Assembly: GCA_951406725.2 (NCBI GenBank) | Contig: OX597830.1 | Span: 55,242,001-55,306,000, forward strand | Reading direction: 5' to 3' | Source: Octopus vulgaris | Taxonomy: Eukaryota | Length of the DNA: 64,000 nucleotides | Shown: positions 54,844 to 64,000 of the stretch, piece by piece | Layout of the letters: the number at the start of each line of letters is the position of its first letter | Numbering within the stretch: the first letter of the stretch is position 1 | Made by a program: the position numbers and the translations under genes | The notes under the pieces: generated by a model | Told to the model about the DNA's origin: nothing | The model's input: the letters and a program-made list of their open reading frames with translations, nothing else | Database searches by the model: none

Positions 54844-54930
54844 CCACATTTAATTCCACACGTTCATACAATTAGCCAGTGCCTCACTTTTATATCCCTC
54901 ACGTTCACATAAGTAGCCAGTGTCTCACAT

Positions 54931-55017
<87 letters not shown>

Positions 55018-55119
55018 ACTCATGTGCAATACCCCACACGTCCACACACGTACTAGCGATTTGACATCCACTTCAGTACCCGGTTAGATCAGATTCCCTT
55101 AAACATTGCAAAGGCTCAC

Positions 55120-55225
55120 CCGGTCCAACACCCGTAAATATCCCTCTCATGTCAGTTTCTTCGTTGTCGTAACCATGGTAACCACCGATCGGTTGTCCAT
55201 CAACAGTCGGGTATCGTTTTCCGGG
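55120..55225 (-). CDS. ENPP-like exon (PGKRYP...GYHGYDNEETDMRGIFTGVGP)
   Basis: HGYDN....M..IF...GP motif; tag acceptor; gtgag donor; phase 1 out. Not present in the ORF track. Confidence 0.95.
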
Positions 55226-55376
55226 CTAAAATAGAACGAACATTGTTGTTTAATGTTGCTGTTGTTGTTGTTGTTGTTGTTATTTCTTTGATATTGTTGT
55301 TGATGCCGTTGTTGCCTTTGTTGCTGTTATTGTTGTTGCTGTTGTTGTTTTGTCGATATTAATGCTGTTGTTGCCG

Positions 55377-55432
<56 letters not shown>

Positions 55433-55699
55433 GCTGTTGTTGTTGTTGTTGTTGTTGTTGTTGTGGTGATGGTGGTGGTGGTGGTGGTGGTTGCTGCTGC
55501 GCTTTGTTTTTGGATGTTTAGTCCCAGGCCAGCTCTGAAAGAGCAGACCTAAGTCAAAGATATCGTCGTTTGTGCTGAACATAGAGAGCTCCGAGGAGAG
55601 ACTGCATTATGCAAACTGTTCTTTCTTTAAGACAACAGCACGTGATATGAGGGACATTTGGTTGCCATTGCTAGCAAGTTGAACAACTACGTAGATGCT

Positions 55700-56530
55700 C
55701 CCCTCTACATAAATGGCACTACTGATGCACTGAGGTATTGTTGCACTGTAGTGCCGAGGTACTTGCTTACTGGGATACGGAAGATCTGGCTTATGAGGTA
55801 TTGTAGTGCTGTTGTATCGAGGTTCAAGGATTTTGAGATTCTGAAGTACTGGAGTAATGAAGTACTGTAGAAGTACTGAGGTGCTTGAGGTGCTGTGATA
55901 TTGAGGTTTTAAGGTGACATAAGTTTGAGGTACTGATGTATAGGTGTACAAGTGTAATGGGGTACTTTTTCACCGAGTACAACTGTGTACTGCATTGCTG
56001 AGGTAATACGATATGCGGGGTACCGAGGTACTAATGCATCGAGGTCTGAGATACTAAGGCACTAGATTACTAAGGTACTGAGGTACTTGCATATTGAGGT
56101 ACTGAGGTACTGGTGTGATGAGGTATTGAAGTACTGAGGTACTGAAATACTTGCATATTGAGGTAGTGAGGTTCTGGTGAAGTGAGTACTGAGGTACTAA
56201 TGCATTGAGGAATTTTGGCACTGGGTTATTGAGATATTGCGATACTGGTGTTTAGTGGGTACTTAGGTACTGAAATATTGTGGTTTTGAGGTATGGAGGT
56301 ATTGAGGTACTGAGGTATTTAGACACTCATGTATTCAGGTATTGAAGCGTTGAGATATTGAAGAACCCAGGTGCTGAGGTGCTGAGGTGCTGAGGTAATG
56401 GTGCACTGAGGTACTGATATATTGAAGTACTGTGGTACTGTAGCACTGGTGTAAAGAAGTACAAATGTACTGGTGCGTTGAGGTACTGAGATATTTAGGT
56501 GTTGTTGTATTCAGGTAATAAAGTAGTGAA
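55700..56530. repeat. Degenerate minisatellite built on gaggtact
   Basis: Dozens of gaggtact/gaggtatt motifs in an ENPP intron. Confidence 0.75.
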
Positions 56531-56673
56531 ATTTTGTAGAATAGGTGTTATATGGTAGTGGCGTATTAGGAAAATAGTGTCAGCTGTACAAGAATCTGAT
56601 ATGCAGGGGGAGGTGCCGCAACAACAAACAACGAAAGAATCCACCCGAAGAATCCTTTAATGATTATACTTAC

Positions 56674-56817
56674 CGGTGTGATGACATACCAGCCTATATC
56701 CGCGACAGCAATTATAGGAGGTACACGGTAATGATGTTTTAGTCTCCATCTTTCTGGAATATCGTGTTTGAGATAAACTGTTAAATTGGGGTGATAATTC
56801 TTCAAAGCGTTGTACAC
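56674..56817 (-). CDS. ENPP-like exon (VYNALKNYHPNLTVY...IPERW...RVPPIIAVADIGW)
   Basis: Typical NPP motifs; 144 nt, phase 0/0; cag acceptor and gtaagt donor. Confidence 0.95.
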
Positions 56818-57491
56818 CTGTATGAAAATATTAACAACTTGTATAGGTAAAAGCTTTAGAGATTTATAAAAGCATTTATAAGCTACACTATATTTTATTG
56901 GAAAGACCTATACATAAAGGAAGTTATAGACAGACCTATAAGGGAAGCTATAGGCTATAACTTTAATTTATAAGCAAATTTATAGACTGTTGTCGATTGG
57001 ATCACCCGGTCGCTTGACTTGTAAGAAAAAGTAACTAAAGTGCCTTCTTCCTACTGTCTTAAGTATAGAACACATTAGATAACGTAGTCCATGGTAGACT
57101 ATCGCAAAAAAAAAAATGGGAGGGTCATAGCTTGAACGCTTCTCGATCAGGGTTGATTTGGAGATAAAAATAACGACTTATAGCAAATGCGTGAACCGAT
57201 AACGTGAAATTTTACCTGGTTACCTAATCTGCAAGAAATAGCAGCCAACTCTACAAATTATATCCTAAATTCTTTCTTTTTTTTAAAAAAAAGAAGATAA
57301 TTTGGATAATGTAGTCCTAGATATATTATGCCCGAAAAAATGGATGATCATAGCTGAAATACATTTCAGTAAATTTTCTCGATTAGAGTAGGTCTCTGAA
57401 GTTTTTGGCGGTAGCAGGAGGCGAACCGCTGACCTCCCGATTCTCTATCATTATCTATAACATTAAAAAAAACACATAAACCTTTCCTTAC

Positions 57492-57784
57492 CTGGTTTGT
57501 TTTACCCTCTTTGGGCCATATAGACAGAAATACGGAACCATACAAATGATGAGTATCTTGAACCTTTAATACAGGATTGAGATCGATATATCGATTAGGT
57601 GTGATTTGTGACATGCCGTGATCAGATGTCAAAATGACATTCACTTCGTTTTCAAGATGGTGTTCTTTTAACTGAACCAGTAATCTATCAATAATTTCGC
57701 TGGTTTCCCTGAGCACCGATTCCAATTGAGGGCTGTTCGGCCCATAATTGTGCCCCATCTTATCAGTTAATTCGAAGTAAATAC
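57492..57784 (-). CDS. ENPP4/5/6/7-like phosphodiesterase internal exon (YFELTDKMGH.YGP...TSDHGM)
   Basis: Zn-ligand motifs D...GH and SDHGM of the alkaline-phosphatase/NPP family; cag acceptor; gtaag donor. Upstream exons were not found in the window. Confidence 0.95.
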
Positions 57785-59557
57785 CTGAAAATGAAAAAAA
57801 AAAAAAATTGTATTTAATGATGATAATAGCCGAAAGAAATGTTGGTTGGTTGGTTGGTTGGCTATTACGTTGGTTTCTCGAGTTACGCTTTCTATCGTAT
57901 AGAGAGAGAGCAAGATAGAGAGATAGAGAGGACAAGAGGGAGAGAGAGAGAGAGATAGAAGGCAAGAGAGAGAGATAGAGAGGTCAAGAGAGAGAGAGAG
58001 AGAGATAGAGAGAGAGAGAGTAAGAGAAAGATAGAGAGAGTTACCATAAAAAGTGCAGGATTAATGCACATTACTATATTTGGTGGCAGTCAATGAATAA
58101 GGGAACGCTACACATAGAGTGAGCGAGAAGGAATCATAGAGACAAAGGAGGAAGAGGAGGAGAAGGAGGCGCAGAATAAAGAGGTAGAGAAGGAAGAGTA
58201 GAAGAAGGAGGAAGGGCAGAAGGAGGAGGAAGAGGAGCAGGAAGAAGCAGAGGTTGTGGTTGATTAGGCAGAGAAGGAAGAGCGAATGAGTGAGGGGATA
58301 GTTATGAGAGGAGGTATACAAATGAGAAATTTATTTTATTTAATTTTATTTTAAGGCAATAAATATTTTTCTTTTGAAAACTAGTATTCATTTCATCTTT
58401 GTACAGACACCAAGAAATTTGATAAAAACCATCTTATCAAGTGTTATCAGTTTGTTTGTATGTGATTAATTGGTAGGATTTGAACTTACAAAGCAGAGAA
58501 TAGGAATTTCCACAGCGTCTAAATTAGAAACAGAAGTGATTGTAACAATAACAATGGACTTCTGTCGCTTTAAACTACTCAAGATTCATTCCTCAGTATT
58601 TGCGGCATTGATCCAATGTAAAAAATCGCAATTAAATATATTTTCCTCGTTTATCACGGAAGTTTGGTCAATAAAGACAGTGGTAAATGAAGCATCTCCG
58701 CACGCTTTGTTGATAGAACGAATAATAGATTCATTGATAACAAACACGTGGTTCAAAGCAGTGAAGCTTCCACTGTCGCCTACTTACTTGACTGTCTTCA
58801 CCATTGCCTTTAGAGAATACACTTGTCTGCGTCGCTTCCTATCTTTCCTCCTCAGTAGTCCCATTTCTCTTCAGTTGTCCCGGGTGCCTACCATTCAATT
58901 CTATTCAGTAGATCCATTTTGATCCGTAGAAGCACGTAAAGCCGTATAAAAACTCACAATTCCTCAGCACGATTATGTAAACAGAGTCAATACACGGTGC
59001 ATTCTAAGTAGTTGATCGCTGGGTGCACTCATAGGGAGTGTGGTGTTGCGGAACTAGCAGAATCTTCAACAGATTGCAGACCAGTGTTATCATAGACCAA
59101 TCCATGACAAGCGTGACATGGTTCGCAATTGAGCGCACCGTGTTAATATGGATCAGCGATGAAGTGAATCAGTGATAAATAGGATAGACGTTGCCATAAT
59201 ACACTCGAATAAATTGAAACGATTGTAACACATTATCTGTTATAAATTTGGGGACATTACTGGAATGTGGGAAAAAAATGAAAATCGTTATTATCAGATA
59301 CTTAATTATAAGGTAGTTGATAATTATTGATAAATTATAGACGAACGAGATTGATATCGTTGTTATATGGACATAATATAATATCGTACATTGATATTAT
59401 TACTTTTCAGCTAATGAAATATCTTGCCATATACGTTGTAGTGTTTAGAGCTAATAAACAGAAATCATTGTGTGGCTTTACATGTGGCGTGTTTTTTATG
59501 GCTAATAATAGATATATATATGTATATGTACACACACACACATGTATATATGTACAT

Positions 59558-59609
<52 letters not shown>

Positions 59610-59669
59610 ATATATATACATATATATATACATATATTTTGTATCTAAATTTACAAATATGTATGTATA

Positions 59670-59716
<47 letters not shown>

Positions 59717-60237
59717 TATATAATATATATGTTTACATATAATATATATATGTATATTATATATAAATATGTATGTTTATGTACGTTTATATATATATAT
59801 TCATATATACACACATATACATATATACACATATATATATATAAATATATATGTGTATGTACGCATGTATATATATATGTATATATGTATATATATATAA
59901 CAAGTAAGCATAATCGGGTACACATATATATATTTATACATATGCATATGTATCTATATATGTGTGTACACATTTAGGTATGTATGTATGTATATATTTA
60001 CAGATAAGATTATACATGCAAAAAGTGAATACCTATACACACATCAAATGTTGAGTTGTAAAATGGAAGTGACTGCAACTATGTGATGACAAATGTCAAT
60101 GTTTACCTTTAAAGTGTGAACACACAAACTACTTTCATATATACAAACACCATACATATATACATTTATACACAATATGCATTTACACATCCACACCACA
60201 CATATTCATTGTGCGTGTATATATATATATATATATA

Positions 60238-60652
<415 letters not shown>

Positions 60653-60706
60653 TGGTGTTTATCTATATCTCTGTCGGCCTGCCACACTGTCTCCCTCCCT
60701 TTCTCT

Positions 60707-60803
<97 letters not shown>

Positions 60804-60829
60804 GGTGTGTGCATATGGAGGAAGAGGAG

Positions 60830-61140
60830 GAGACACCCTTCGGTCATGGATTGCACCTAGAAAGTTACCTTCCGAAGCACAAGTCCGCGCAAAGTTGTTT
60901 TATGGAAGACCAGCAGTCGTCCATGTATACCAACCTCCCCTCTCCACACCACAAATGTTATCTAAGGGAAAGGCAAAGGCTGATATAGCTTGGCACTTGT
61001 GATGTCGCAACTCATTTCTACAGCTGAATTAACTGGAGCAACGTGAAATAAAGCGTCTTGCTCAAGAACACGACACGCAGCCCGGTCCGGGAATCGAACT
61101 CACAACCACACAATCGTAAGCTCGACGCTCTAACCATTGA
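60830..61140 (-). mobile_element. tRNA-derived SINE (second head type, third body type)
   Basis: Head plus CORE-like segment, then a ggagaggggaggttggtatacatgg body (Ceph-like, from recollection). Confidence 0.7.
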
Positions 61141-61278
61141 TCCTTGTGAATGGATTTCGTCAACAGATATTGAAAGAGTCCCATAATGTGTACACACACA
61201 CACACACATATATGTATATATATATATATGTATATATGAATAATTATATACATATTAATAATTATAACAAGGGATTGG

Positions 61279-61340
<62 letters not shown>

Positions 61341-61455
61341 TCATTACCTTAAAGCTTATAGACGATTACCGTGCGTTGACAAATGTAGATAGTCTAATAT
61401 AGTATAATATAATATAAGAAAAAATAATATAACCAATTTCGAAAAAAAACAAACA

Positions 61456-61539
61456 AAGCGAACTATTTTTTTCGACTTATATACATTATTTGATTTATAA
61501 ATAATTTATATCTATGTATACAAGTCTCTTCAGGGCCTT
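61456..61539 (-). ncRNA. Degenerate hammerhead ribozyme motif
   Basis: CUGAAGA, then a 13-bp stem II (gacuuguauacau/auguauauaaguc), then GAAA; stem III is disrupted. Confidence 0.5.
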
Positions 61540-61648
61540 GGTTCAAAAAGACAGACGAAATTCCATGTAAAAGGACTGCCAGATTGAAGGTGAGGTGTTA
61601 CCCCACCATGACTGTATTCTGGTGATTGAAACAAGTAAAAGATAAAAG

Positions 61649-61693
<45 letters not shown>

Positions 61694-61694
61694 C

Positions 61695-61741
<47 letters not shown>

Positions 61742-62381
61742 CTGGTTGCTACGAATATGTACAGACATTGGTTTCGAATTTTGGTACAATACAAACAGTT
61801 TCGTGTTAGGAGGTAAGTCTATTACATCGACCCCTAGTCCTCAACCGACACTAACCGACTCGAAAGGATGAAGGACAAAGTCGATCGTGATGGAATTTTA
61901 ACTCAGAAATTAAAGACAAACGAAATGCCGCTAAGCATTTTGCCCGGCGTGTTAACGATTCTGCCAGCTCACCACCCAGATAATGTACTGATATTGATGT
62001 AATATTTTAGAGGGTGTTGTAGTTATGTATTAGGGTGGGAGTCGGGTAGCTATACGTGTGTATTTGGAATTGATTATATAGCTAGTGCCAAGAAGTTTAA
62101 CGTATTGGAGCCGGCTGCGGTAACGAAATGCGCTGTTCTTCCACCCCGGTGGTCTTACCTTTGGAACATATGTTTCATTACGATGTGTAGGTGGTTACTT
62201 AGAAGTAAGGTCTGTTGTCTGCGGGTATCAAGTGAAGATATGATCGACCGTGTTTTGGGTACCGAAATATACTCGTTTTTTCTTTGGTAAACACGTACCC
62301 ATACACGCGCGCGCACACACACACGCACACACATTTGTACAATCATGTACGCACACATACAAACATACATACATATGTATC

Positions 62382-62439
<58 letters not shown>

Positions 62440-62449
62440 TGTGCACGTG

Positions 62450-62499
<50 letters not shown>

Positions 62500-63239
62500 C
62501 TTTGATTCTGTTACCTCTACTTAAACCAATTTCTAAAAATGTGTTCACAATTTCCCTAATTTATTAATTTCTTATATTGACATAAGACCACAGCTTCCAT
62601 CATTCTTATCTTCTAACATCCATGTTCCATGTTGGAATGGGTTGGATGGTTTGACAGAACCTGAAGGGTTCAAAGACTGCATCATGCTCAACTATTTGTT
62701 TTGGCTTTGTTTCTACAGCTAGATGCCCTGCCTAACGCCAACCACTTTACAGACTGCATTGAGGGTTTTTTCAGGGTACCAACACTAGTGAGGTTGCAAT
62801 GCATCTTGCATGATCATTTTGACTGAATGGGACAACAATAGAAAAGGAGGTGGCTTGATGCTAGTTAATGAGAGAAAGGGCCAGAATAGAACAGGTTTCA
62901 TGATGCAGAGGAGCTACATAGGGTTTCACTTTATAGAAGTGAGCGTGGGAGCAGGAAAGAGAGACAAAATAGTTGTGATAAAGTCTCAAGGTGGTCCCTC
63001 ACAGTAAAGCCCCATTAACCCTGATGAGTTTTGAACACAGAATTTTAGATGGATGAGACCAAGTGCTATAAGTAATTTTGTTTAGAACTCTATTGTTTCG
63101 GACAAGTGTCCTAATCTTCTTGAATAAATCTAAGACTAAATACTTTGAATTATAGCTTCTAAAATGTAGCGTCTAAAACAGATGCAATAAAAAACTTTCA
63201 TAGTGAAATACTGATGTTAGAATATTAGTTCTACAATTA

Positions 63240-63793
63240 CGCAGGAGTGGCTGTGTGGTAAGTAGCTTGCTTCCCAACCACATGGTTCCGGGTTCAGTCC
63301 CACTGTGTGGCACCTTGGGCAAGCGTCTTCTACTATAGCCACGAGCCGGCCAAAGCCTTGTGAGCGGATTTGGTAGACGGAAGCTGAAAGAAGCCAGTCG
63401 TATATAAATATATATATATATATATATATGTATATGTATGTATGTATGTACGTATGTATGTATGTATGTATGTATGTATGTATGTATGTATGTATGTATG
63501 TGTGTATGTGTGTATGTATGTATGTATGTATGTATGTATGTATGTATGTATGTATGTATGTGTATGTATGTGTATGTATGTATGTATGCATGCATGTATG
63601 TATGTGCTTGTTGTTTGTGTCTGTGTTTGTCCCCCCACCATCGCTTGACAACCGATGCTGGTTCCGCAGAAAGGGACCCATAGAATAAGTGCTAGGCTTA
63701 CAATGAATAAATCCTGGGGTCGCTTTATTCGACTAAAGGTGGTGCTCCAGCATGGCCACAGTCAAATGACTGCAACAAGTAAAAAAAGTAAAA
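63240..63793 (+). mobile_element. Microsatellite-containing tRNA-derived SINE family (gcaggagtggctgtgtggtaag...gtagacgg...(microsatellite)...ccagcatggcc.cagtc)
   Basis: Other copies at 6616-6955, 14671-15045, 22310-22858, 36033-36168(-), 41100-41443 and 52878-53030. Confidence 0.8.
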
Positions 63794-64000
63794 GAATATA
63801 CATATATATGCATACACACATACACACACACATATATATACATACATACATGCATATATATAAATGTGTATGCGTATGTATGTGTGTATATGTATACACA
63901 CACGCATATACATATGTATATGTATACACATGTAGATGCATATATGTATTACTCTGTATGTATGCATGCTTGTGTGCCTTTGTTTCTGCGCACGCGCGCA

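Noticed and set aside
62159-62290. Possible upstream ENPP exon (AG|gtaag donor on the minus strand)
   Set aside because: No frame resembles NPP sequence; it could be noncoding or chance.

Overview
This is AT-rich, microsatellite-dense eukaryotic DNA. Its repeat families look cephalopod, most likely Octopus (inference). I reconstructed two spliced, convergent genes by hand. The first is a secreted GH18 chitinase on the + strand: 11 coding exons, 97..38903, about 706 aa, with signal peptide, intact [11 protein letters not shown] motif, Ser/Thr-rich linker and C-terminal CBM14. It carries two local lesions at about 20.4-20.6 kb: one extra A in an A7 run and a missing AG acceptor. The second is the 3' half of an ENPP4/5/6/7-like phosphodiesterase on the - strand (four exons, 57784..52263), ending in a mucin-like stalk and a probable GPI signal. 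Introns and spacer are full of mobile DNA: a Chapaev-type transposon, mariner/Tc1 relics, Helitron/Helentron elements, CR1, RTE and R4/Dong LINE fragments, and modular tRNA-derived SINEs. The most notable hidden signal is a set of type I hammerhead-ribozyme motifs in small noncoding elements next to (TA)n tracts. One is a retrozyme-like 486-bp unit whose left end coincides with the predicted self-cleavage site. The best-preserved ribozymes all lie antisense to their host genes. Most ORFs in the supplied track are microsatellite artefacts. All calls come from reading the sequence by eye; no database search was run.
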